DNA of 64,000 nucleotides, from the NCBI GenBank assembly GCA_965602015.1, contig OZ271918.1, forward strand, positions 2,624,001-2,688,000, written 5' to 3'. How positions within the stretch are numbered: the first letter of the stretch is position 1; every line of letters starts with the position of its first letter. Below the pieces are notes generated by a model. It ran no database searches. It saw nothing but the letters and a program-made list of their open reading frames with translations, and was not told the origin of the DNA. Origin of the DNA: Salinispira sp. (lineage in GTDB: Bacteria > Spirochaetota > Spirochaetia > DSM-27196 > Salinispiraceae). A program made the translations under genes and the position numbers. Of this stretch, positions 9,691 through 17,343 are shown in pieces.

Positions 9691-9833
9691 ATCTGCGGGC
9701 AGCATTCCCGGGGCGATTAGCCCGACGGCGGCCGTTCGCGCCCGGGGACGAGGACTTCTTTTGTACCTCGCTTTGCCGTCGGGGTTTATGTCTTCCCGAT
9801 GTGAACCGATAAGGAGTGCAAGAGGTGCGCATT

Positions 9834-9998
9834 ATGGAAACCACGGCCCCGATAGACGCCGAGGGCAATTGCCCGTTCACAAAAGATGAGGATGCCATTC
9901 CGTTTCTCGAAGCGGTAGAGGAGCGGCCCGCTGAACCTGAGGATACCCTCCTGGCCATCATACAGGGCTTCCTCGAACCGACGGGTTATCGGCAGTAA
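9834..9998 (+). CDS. Small acidic hypothetical protein (54 aa)
   Basis: ATG at 9834 preceded by AAGGAG/GAGG; fills an otherwise empty intergenic space. Confidence 0.4.
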   Translation: METTAPIDAEGNCPFTKDEDAIPFLEAVEERPAEPEDTLLAIIQGFLEPTGYRQ

Positions 9999-10105
9999 AA
10001 CACGGGGCAATTATGTCCTGACAATCCGTCAGGGTATTCGCCTCGCCAATGGGCAGGACATATCACGCGAACGCAGAGCCGGTGATTCGGGCTGCGGGCC
10101 AGGGC

Positions 10106-10966
10106 CTATTGATCCATACTGTCCACAAAGCGCTTATACTTTTTGTCTTCTTCCAGGATGTGTTTCACCGTCCAGTCCCTGAGAAATACTATGATTTCAT
10201 CGGTCAGGTTGATTTTTCCCGTTTTTAACTTCTGAGCGAAACCAGAAACTTCTCCAACGAAGTATTTATGCAGTTCCTGGTGATCGTGCAGGAGAGGATA
10301 GGCGTTTTTGGCCATATGCTCCTCTTCATAGGAAAAGTGATACTGGGTGTAATACAGAAGCTTTTTGATAATGATCGGCAGGAACAGCTGTTTCCTGGCT
10401 TCGCTGGTATGCTGCAGGTCGTTGGTTTGCTGAAGGATGGCGATGAGCTGCTTGTGCTGATCATCTATCGCCTTGATTTCCAAGCCGAGCTTTTTCTGCT
10501 GCCACAGATTGAGCACTTCGCTTCGGGAACTCTGGGCGGGAGAAAAATGCAGCTCCGGTACGATGTTGTTGGCTGCGAAATATCCGGCGTACTCCCGGTC
10601 ATCCCCATGTATATGCTTGAGAATCCATTCGACCAGGAAATCCTGCAGGTGCTCAAGGGGCATGTTGGGCTTCTCGCGATATTCGTCCAGGTATTGTTTT
10701 ATCTCTTTTCTGAAATTTTCGTGCAGCTCGAGATGTTCTTCCACATCCGGATATCCGTATTCCCGAAACAGTCCCTCTTCGCTGACGAAGTGAAAACCGG
10801 TGTAGGCATACAGGCGCTTGAGCACCTTGATTATCATCTCGCTATCCCTGCTTTCCGACTCAATCTCGTCGTGAAGCTGATTTGTGAGAATGAACAGTTC
10901 CCGATGCTGGCTGTCGATTACTTCAATATCGATGCCGTGCTGTTTCTGATCCCATTGAACGAACAT
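10106..10966 (-). CDS. Bacteriohemerythrin with two hemerythrin domains
   Basis: Two copies of ID.QH..L, HF..EE, H...H, W...HI...D; start at MFVQW (10966), the longer ORF-track extension is tandem-repeat DNA. Confidence 0.92.
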   Translation of the reverse strand: MFVQWDQKQHGIDIEVIDSQHRELFILTNQLHDEIESESRDSEMIIKVLKRLYAYTGFHFVSEEGLFREYGYPDVEEHLELHENFRKEIKQYLDEYREKPNMPLEHLQDFLVEWILKHIHGDDREYAGYFAANNIVPELHFSPAQSSRSEVLNLWQQKKLGLEIKAIDDQHKQLIAILQQTNDLQHTSEARKQLFLPIIIKKLLYYTQYHFSYEEEHMAKNAYPLLHDHQELHKYFVGEVSGFAQKLKTGKINLTDEIIVFLRDWTVKHILEEDKKYKRFVDSMDQ

Positions 10967-10994
10967 GCTTACAGTATCGCCCAGCGCAGCCCGC

Positions 10995-11064
10995 GCTGCA
11001 AACCATACGCTGCAAACCATACGCTGCAAACCATACGCTGCAAACCATACGCTGCAAACCATAC
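10995..11064. repeat. Perfect tandem repeat, 5 x 14 bp (GCTGCAAACCATAC)
   Basis: Five identical adjacent units, no spacers. Confidence 0.97.
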
Positions 11065-11125
11065 AGTGCAAGCATTGCGGGAAACCTCCAGGCATACTAC
11101 TGTAGTAGCGAGAACGGAGGTCCAC

Positions 11126-11845
11126 ATGAATGTACAGAGTACCGTGTTAGCCTTGGCAGCCGACAGCATAGCCGCAGTTGAGCGGGCAGAGGCGGCCCTC
11201 CCCTCCTCCGCGTTGGACAGTCCCAGCAGCTGGGAAACCTGGAACGCCGCCGACGCCCTGACTCATTGCGCCGAGTGGCTGTCAAAAGACCAATCCCGAC
11301 TGGGAAACCCCGGAGAACTTATTCCCATAATCGGTAGTCAGGAGCTCGAAGAGATGAACCGGGAGTACTATGAGAAACATCGGGGAAGCGATTGGAAGAC
11401 CGCAAGGTCGTATTTTACACACAAGGTCGAAGGGATCAGACAGATAATAGAGGCCGACGAAGATCCGGATTTGAGCCGTTTGCTGCATTACAGCGACGGG
11501 AGGACTCGCCCGCTGTGGTGGGGCGTCTCCGGACACCTGGGACTCCATGTTGGATGGCATTTGGGAATCATCCTCCGCCGCCATGAATTGGCAAGCCTGT
11601 CGGTTGAGTTGGTACAGGATTTTGTTAGCCGATCGCTCAGTTTGAGCGACGATCCTACATGGCGCTCGGCAAACCACTACGATTTGGCCGTAGCCTATGC
11701 CCAGGCCTCGCGACCTGAAGAAGCGGTTGAAGAGTTAAAAAAAAGTTTCTCCCTGTTCCCGCCCAATCGGGATATTGCACCGGAAGACGATGATCTGACC
11801 CCCCTTTGGAACCGGGCTGATTTTGTCGCGATTACAAGGGATTGA
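11126..11845 (+). CDS. DinB/ClbS-DfsB-like four-helix-bundle protein with a C-terminal TPR-like domain
   Basis: ATG at 11126 after GGAGG; WNAADALTHCAEW and H..WH; C-terminal YDLAVAYAQ...A..DDDL.PL. Confidence 0.65.
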   Translation: MNVQSTVLALAADSIAAVERAEAALPSSALDSPSSWETWNAADALTHCAEWLSKDQSRLGNPGELIPIIGSQELEEMNREYYEKHRGSDWKTARSYFTHKVEGIRQIIEADEDPDLSRLLHYSDGRTRPLWWGVSGHLGLHVGWHLGIILRRHELASLSVELVQDFVSRSLSLSDDPTWRSANHYDLAVAYAQASRPEEAVEELKKSFSLFPPNRDIAPEDDDLTPLWNRADFVAITRD

Positions 11846-11854
11846 TAAGTATCC

Positions 11855-12433
11855 ATGGCTATGAGAACCCAAAACGCAAAAATACTTGAGAGCATCTACG
11901 AACGGGAAGGTCCCGGCGGCGCTTTTATCATCACCACCAGGGTGGATGATTATAGCGAGCTGTTTAACTACCTGGACCCTGCACCGTTCAGACGCCGGGA
12001 CCTGGACCAGGACTTTCTCAATTATGTAAACCAGTGCTCCGAGGAGATTCCCCTTGAATACCAGGTCTCGCTTCAGATTCAGCTGCCGGGCGACAAGCGG
12101 GATGAAGAGAAGGAAGAGCGGGTGCGCCGGGGCATTAAAAGCTACTATGTCCATTGGGACCTGGCTGAACAGAGAAAAATACACCGTTCCCACCAATACA
12201 GCCTGGTTTATGCGGTCATCGGGTTGCTGTTCATCCTTTCGGTCAACTTCATTGTCCCGGACATGGAATATCTTTCCACCCTGATCTATGAGGGACTGCA
12301 CGTCGGGGGCTGGGTGTTCCTCTGGGAGGCCTTTGCCGAGCTGGCGTTCAAGTCCAGGGATATCAGCCAAAATAAACGGCGCATACGCCGAGCCGCCGAC
12401 GCACCGATACGTTTTATTTCAGTAGACGCTTGA
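11855..12433 (+). CDS. Hypothetical membrane protein (2 C-terminal TM segments)
   Basis: LFNYLDPAPFRRRDLD and GGWVFLWEA motifs; 9 bp after the previous stop. Confidence 0.7.
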   Translation: MAMRTQNAKILESIYEREGPGGAFIITTRVDDYSELFNYLDPAPFRRRDLDQDFLNYVNQCSEEIPLEYQVSLQIQLPGDKRDEEKEERVRRGIKSYYVHWDLAEQRKIHRSHQYSLVYAVIGLLFILSVNFIVPDMEYLSTLIYEGLHVGGWVFLWEAFAELAFKSRDISQNKRRIRRAADAPIRFISVDA

Positions 12434-12488
12434 AAAGCCAAACCCCCAGGATATATTATTTATTCCGTAATATTTAAGGGGGATCTCC

Positions 12489-13361
12489 ATGAGAAGAAAA
12501 ACCATTATGGCCGGAGGATTGGCTCTCCTGCTCCTTCTGACCTTTTCATCCTGCAATGTATTTGACGCGCTTTTCGGGCCGCCGCCGGTTGATGGTCAGG
12601 ACGGAATTTCCATACGCTGGAGGGGAAGCCTTCCTTCCGCACCGTCCGATCCCCAACTCAACGACGCATACTATAATACCAGTGACGGAACCAGTTACAT
12701 TTGGAACGGATCGGTATGGGATGTTCTTGCCATGGACGGTCTTGACGGCGCCGATGGTCAGGACGGGGAAAACCCTTATGACAACCTGCCGTTCGCTAAA
12801 GTGGAGGGGACCTTCAGTTTTTACGACGACGGAGTGTTTGTTGAAAATGCCATGCTGCGCCGTTATTACGTCCTCCTCGATGACGACACCAACCCGGCAA
12901 ACGGAGCTGTAGCCGTCAGCACCGGCACTACTCCGGACTTTATCGGGCTCTATGAGTTCTTCACCCCGTCCGATCGGGTCTATTTGTATTATGAGTTTTT
13001 TAACGTTCCCCCCGGGGAATACTTCGTCTATGCCTATATAGATGATTCCAGCGACTCCCTGCCTCAGGTTGGGCAGGACGCACCCGGTCCGCCGATTGAC
13101 GGAGGCGGACTCCCGCTGAGCGATTTGGCCAGCACCGGATTAGCTGATACCGTGGTTAGTGATGCGGGATTCGCCGGTGAATATATCGGGTTCTTCGGAA
13201 CCTTCAGCGAGGCCGATCTCGAGAACATTTTCTTTGGCCCGCGGGATCCAAACAGCGAGCTGATTGCCCCGGCTGGAGCCAACATCACCGTCAGTGGTCC
13301 GGGCCTTACGGTACTCGAAGATTTCAAGCTCATCAGCAACTTCACTCTGCCTCAGAACTGA
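12489..13361 (+). CDS. Lipoprotein with short collagen-like (G-x-D) segments
   Basis: Signal peptide ending FSSC; DGQDG...DGLDGADGQDG flanking a YYNT.DG.SYIW module. Confidence 0.75.
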   Translation: MRRKTIMAGGLALLLLLTFSSCNVFDALFGPPPVDGQDGISIRWRGSLPSAPSDPQLNDAYYNTSDGTSYIWNGSVWDVLAMDGLDGADGQDGENPYDNLPFAKVEGTFSFYDDGVFVENAMLRRYYVLLDDDTNPANGAVAVSTGTTPDFIGLYEFFTPSDRVYLYYEFFNVPPGEYFVYAYIDDSSDSLPQVGQDAPGPPIDGGGLPLSDLASTGLADTVVSDAGFAGEYIGFFGTFSEADLENIFFGPRDPNSELIAPAGANITVSGPGLTVLEDFKLISNFTLPQN

Positions 13362-13378
13362 GCATGTGCAAATCCAGT

Positions 13379-13406
13379 ACGGCAGCCATACGGCTGCCGT
13401 TTTTTT
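13379..13406 (+). terminator. Rho-independent terminator
   Basis: ACGGCAGCC-ATAC-GGCTGCCGT followed by a T run, between convergent genes. Confidence 0.85.
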
Positions 13407-13421
13407 GTGTCGTGATTGCAT

Positions 13422-13739
13422 TTAAAAGCGATCCTGACGCCATACCTCTACGTCTTCCAGGTATACGATTCCCGGGTAGCGGCTAAAAACCTGGTTTACC
13501 ACGGCTTCGGCAATGGTTTCCGCCGTAGCCCGCTCCCGGACGATGACTTCGATTTTCACATTGGAAAAATCATCAACAACTGAGGCCCGGGAATCTATGG
13601 AGTGGTAATGGTGAAGTCCCCGGCCTCCTGCGGCCACCAGAGTATAGCCCTTGGCTCCCGATGCGCTGATGATTTTCTGAATTTCCCGCTCTACGAATTT
13701 TTCAGTGACTATGATTACCTTTAAGGCTTTATGAAACAT
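13422..13739 (-). CDS. P-II family regulator, SbtB-like
   Basis: KVIIVTE, GAKGYT...GGRG, NVKIEVIV, GIVY..DVEV; ATG 13739 with GAGG; directly downstream of the SbtA-like gene. Confidence 0.85.
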   Translation of the reverse strand: MFHKALKVIIVTEKFVEREIQKIISASGAKGYTLVAAGGRGLHHYHSIDSRASVVDDFSNVKIEVIVRERATAETIAEAVVNQVFSRYPGIVYLEDVEVWRQDRF

Positions 13740-13775
13740 GATTTCCTCCTGTTCGCACAAGGATACGCCGGGCTA

Positions 13776-14780
13776 TCACGGAAACACCGTGACTGCAAGC
13801 GAGTAAAACAGCGGAATCCCCACGGCAACCGCCATAGGGGTACCCAGACTGGTAGACGCTCCAATGTAGGCGGACGGATTTGCCCCGGGGATGCCTGCCC
13901 GAAGGGTCGGAGGGCCGGAGATATCCGAACTCGAAGCGGCAATCACCGAAAGTAAGACTACACCGCCGGGGCTGAAGCCCACCAGCCGGTTAGCAATGTA
14001 TCCAAGGCCGAACCCGATGAATCCGTGAACCAGCGGAGCCAACAGGGCATAGAGGGCAAACCAATGGGCCACATCCTTAAGTTCCCTCAGACGCGAATAG
14101 GCCTCCATTCCCAAAATAAGCATGAGGATTGACAGGAACCCTCTGAACAGCGGATCGTAAAAACTCTCCACCACCGAGTCGGGCCGGGCGAACAGTCCCA
14201 GGACAAGCCCCAATAGCATGGCCGACAGGGCTGATCCCCGGAGGCTGTCGAGGATGATCGTTCGGGCCTTTACCCGATGCTCCGCGCTATCTCCCTTCCG
14301 CTTTCCGTGCATATTCGCCATAACGATGGCCAAAATCAGCGCGGGAATGTCCATAAACGGATAGAGGGCCGGAACCCAGGCCTCGAAGTACATCGCCTGC
14401 TCCTCAAGAAGAACAATACCCGCCGCCATAGTCGATGCGCTCACCGCCCCGAAAAGTCCCGCGGTGGCCAACCCGTCTTGGGTATCTATTCCCGGCAAAA
14501 GGGCGAAGAACACCTTTCCAAGTACCACGATGAGAACGGCGCCCAGCATTGAAAGTAGGGCGGGCAGCAGCATGCTCCCGATATCAGCCTGTCGAATTTC
14601 AATGCCCCCGTCCATGCCGATCTTCATCAGAAGAACGAAAACGATAAACTGGTAAATGGACCCCGGAATACTGAGCTTGCTGCCCATGGCAGCCAACAGA
14701 GCGCCTCCGATTAAAAACGCCAGGGTCGGCGATTGCAATTGGGATAAGAAACGGCTCAAAAAATCCATCAAGGCTGGCAT
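13776..14780 (-). CDS. Sodium-dependent bicarbonate transport family permease (SbtA-like)
   Basis: About 10 TM; LLMKIG..GG, GLFGAVSAST, SSSDISGPPTLRAGIPGANPS.Y. Confidence 0.88.
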   Translation of the reverse strand: MPALMDFLSRFLSQLQSPTLAFLIGGALLAAMGSKLSIPGSIYQFIVFVLLMKIGMDGGIEIRQADIGSMLLPALLSMLGAVLIVVLGKVFFALLPGIDTQDGLATAGLFGAVSASTMAAGIVLLEEQAMYFEAWVPALYPFMDIPALILAIVMANMHGKRKGDSAEHRVKARTIILDSLRGSALSAMLLGLVLGLFARPDSVVESFYDPLFRGFLSILMLILGMEAYSRLRELKDVAHWFALYALLAPLVHGFIGFGLGYIANRLVGFSPGGVVLLSVIAASSSDISGPPTLRAGIPGANPSAYIGASTSLGTPMAVAVGIPLFYSLAVTVFP

Positions 14781-14901
14781 GTATCATCTCCTTCTGCAAA
14801 TCCTTAGTAGATAGCGTGCACTCACCATACCTTACTTATTTTATCATCTTTATAAAAATTGATTATTGCAATCAAACCGTTCTATAAAATAGAATGATAG
14901 T

Positions 14902-15795
14902 ATGCGGATTAACTACAACCACCTGCGGTATTTCTACTTCGTGGCCCATGAGGGACACCTGACCCGGGCTGCAGGCAAACTCCACATTTCCCAGTCTGCC
15001 CTTTCGGTCCAGATCAAGACCCTGGAAAATGACCTGGGTCACCAGCTTTTCACCCGTCAGGGACGGAGCCTGCAGCTCACCGAGGTCGGCAGGCTGGTGC
15101 TGGAGCACGCGGACGGAATTTTTCGAAGCGGAGAAGAGCTGCTGTATCAATTGGCCCACCATCGGGAGCTGAGCCGAAGGCTCTTCCGGGTCGCGGCTGT
15201 TACCACTCTTTCGCGCAATTTCCAGATTGAGTTTCTCGGTCCGCTTCTATCCAGACCGGACACCGAGCTGGTGGTCAGCTCGGCGTCCCTTGCAGATCTT
15301 CTCGCGCAGCTGGAGTCCCACCGAATCGACGCGGCACTGACCAATACCGCCCCTACCCGCGAAGCCGGCACCCCCTGGGTATCGCACCTGATCTCGAAAC
15401 AGCCCGTGGGGCTCATCGGCCCGGCGGATTTTAAGGATGATGGTCGCCCCCTGAAAGACCTGTTGAGCCGGGAGCCGCTGTTCATCCCGAGTCCAGACAG
15501 CAACATACGGCTGGCATTCGACGCCCTCATTGAGCGTATGGGCATAGCGGTGGACATAAAGGCTGAAGTGAATGACATGACCATGCTCAGGCTTTTCGCT
15601 CGGGAGGCAAAGGGACTGGCGATAGTCCCTCCCATTGTGGTCCGCGATGAACTGGAACAGGGAATACTGCGGGAGATCAGGGAATTCCCGGAAATTCAGG
15701 AGAGCTTTTATGCAGTCGTCTTAAAGCGCCGCTTCCCCAATCCGCTCCTCGATGTGCTTCTAAAAAAGGACGGGAAGAAGAAGGACGGGAAATAG
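14902..15795 (+). CDS. LysR family transcriptional regulator (NhaR-like), divergent from the sbtAB-like genes
   Basis: NYNHLRYFYFVAHEG.LTRAA..LHISQSALSVQIK HTH. Confidence 0.93.
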   Translation: MRINYNHLRYFYFVAHEGHLTRAAGKLHISQSALSVQIKTLENDLGHQLFTRQGRSLQLTEVGRLVLEHADGIFRSGEELLYQLAHHRELSRRLFRVAAVTTLSRNFQIEFLGPLLSRPDTELVVSSASLADLLAQLESHRIDAALTNTAPTREAGTPWVSHLISKQPVGLIGPADFKDDGRPLKDLLSREPLFIPSPDSNIRLAFDALIERMGIAVDIKAEVNDMTMLRLFAREAKGLAIVPPIVVRDELEQGILREIREFPEIQESFYAVVLKRRFPNPLLDVLLKKDGKKKDGK

Positions 15796-15809
15796 GGCCG
15801 CGGGTCTGC

Positions 15810-16049
15810 TTAGGTTTTGAACTTTCCGAAGTTCTCCCGCAATTCATGCACCACACCGTCGAGATCCTTGCTGAGATCAAGCATTGAAGACATTGCCGCC
15901 ACGATTTCCGCTGAAGCCTCGCGGATGCTGACACTCGATTCATTGAGCAGCGAGCTCGACTCGAGAATCTGGGTAATTTCCTCGATGGCGCTCACATTTT
16001 CGTTGATGTTTGCGTCAAGGGAATCGGCCTGCCCACGAATGGATACCAT
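15810..16049 (-). pseudogene. C-terminal remnant of a methyl-accepting chemotaxis protein (79 aa)
   Basis: Heptad helix ending LDGVVHELRENFGKFKT resembles the end of the MCP at 1709; no hairpin tip, TM or sensor. Confidence 0.55.
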
Positions 16050-16051
16050 GT

Positions 16052-17242
16052 TTAGCGGATCCGAGTTTTGTTCTCCCTCAATACCATTCGCAGCTTCCCC
16101 GCAGGATCCTCAAACAGCGAGGTGAACAGCATGGCGGCGATGACGTAGGGCTTGTACCCCGCCTGCCGGTAGAGCGGCACCCGGAACTTTTCAAACACCG
16201 CTGCCGAAACTTCTCCCCGGGCGCAGCTCACGCCGGAAATATCCGCAGGGAGGCAGTGCAGGTACAGGGCGTCATTGCTCAAGGCCATTTTTTCCTCGTC
16301 GCATTCCCAGTCAATAAACGCGCGGTTTTGCTCAAGCAGCCGGCCCTCCAGGGCTTTGATGCCCTCCATATTGCCGTTTCCATAGAGGGTGGTGCGCTCC
16401 TCCATGGCGGCGAAGGGGGCCCAGCTTTTCGGGTAGACCACATGAGCTCCTTCAAAGGCCTCCTCCATGGAGTTGACAATGGTAAAACTCCCGCCGGAAG
16501 CCTTTGCCTGGTTTGCCGCAATCTCGGCGACCTCAGGCATGATTTCATAGCCCGGAGGATGCGCCAGGACCACATCCATGCCGAAGCGGGTCATCAGGCC
16601 GGCGACTCCCTGGGGCACCGAGAGGGGCTTGCCGTAGGAGGGGCTGTAGGCCCAGGTCATGGCGATCTTTTTCCCCTTCAAATCGCCGAGCTCATGACGC
16701 AGATGCAGGGCGTCGGACATGGTCTGGGTGGGATGGTCGATGTCGCACTGCAGGTTCACGATTGCCGGCCGCCCGGGCAGAACGCCGTCGGCGAATCCAT
16801 CGTCGAGGGCCCTGGCAACCTCCCGCATGTATGCGTTTCCCCGGCCGATGTACATGTCGTCCCGGATGCCGATGGCGTCGGCCAGGAAGGAGATCATATT
16901 CGCGGTTTCCCTGACGGTTTCGCCGTGGGCAATCTGGCTTTTTCCCTCATCCAGATCCTGGACTTCCAGGCCCAGCAGGTTGGCGGCGGAAGCATAGCTG
17001 AAGCGGGTACGGGTACTGTTGTCCCGGAACTGGCTGATGGCCAGGCCCGAATCAAAGACCCGGCTGCTGATATTTGCATCACGCAGGGCCTTGAGGGCGT
17101 CGGCGCATAAAAAGAGGGCCTCCAGATCGGCCGGTGATTTGTCCCAGGTGAGCAGGAAATCTTGCCGGAAAAGGCCTTCAGCTCCGGTTTCTTCCAGGCG
17201 TTTGATAATTGCTTCGATTGATGTGTGTTCTCTGCTGTTCAT
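16052..17242 (-). CDS. ygeW: Knotted carbamoyltransferase YgeW
   Basis: FRDNSTRTRFSY, NLQCDIDHPTQ, WAYSPSYGKPLSVPQG, HCLPADI; start MNSREH with AGGAG. Confidence 0.95.
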   Translation of the reverse strand: MNSREHTSIEAIIKRLEETGAEGLFRQDFLLTWDKSPADLEALFLCADALKALRDANISSRVFDSGLAISQFRDNSTRTRFSYASAANLLGLEVQDLDEGKSQIAHGETVRETANMISFLADAIGIRDDMYIGRGNAYMREVARALDDGFADGVLPGRPAIVNLQCDIDHPTQTMSDALHLRHELGDLKGKKIAMTWAYSPSYGKPLSVPQGVAGLMTRFGMDVVLAHPPGYEIMPEVAEIAANQAKASGGSFTIVNSMEEAFEGAHVVYPKSWAPFAAMEERTTLYGNGNMEGIKALEGRLLEQNRAFIDWECDEEKMALSNDALYLHCLPADISGVSCARGEVSAAVFEKFRVPLYRQAGYKPYVIAAMLFTSLFEDPAGKLRMVLRENKTRIR

Positions 17243-17260
17243 TCTGGCTGCTCCTGTGTC

Positions 17261-17343
17261 GCCCATTGGGCTTCTTTGCCCATTGGGCTTTTTTGCCCAC
17301 TGGGCTTTTTTGCCCGCTGGGCTTTTTTGCCCGCTGGGCTTCT
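17261..17343. repeat. Tandem repeat, 5 x 17 bp (GCCC-NNN-GGGC-TTTTTT), filling the xdhD-ygeW spacer
   Basis: Units at 17261, 17278, 17295, 17312, 17329 with stepwise substitutions. Confidence 0.95.

Noticed and set aside
10995..11064. Possible CRISPR array (also considered for 17261-17343)
   Set aside because: Units are 14 or 17 bp, directly adjacent, with no unique spacers and no cas genes in the window
10268..11125. N-terminal half of the 525-aa plus-strand ORF 10268-11845
   Set aside because: It is the antisense shadow of hemerythrin plus the tandem repeat; the credible start with RBS is at 11126
12489..13361. Prophage tail-fibre gene suggested by the collagen-like repeats
   Set aside because: Has a lipoprotein signal and its own terminator; no phage genes nearby
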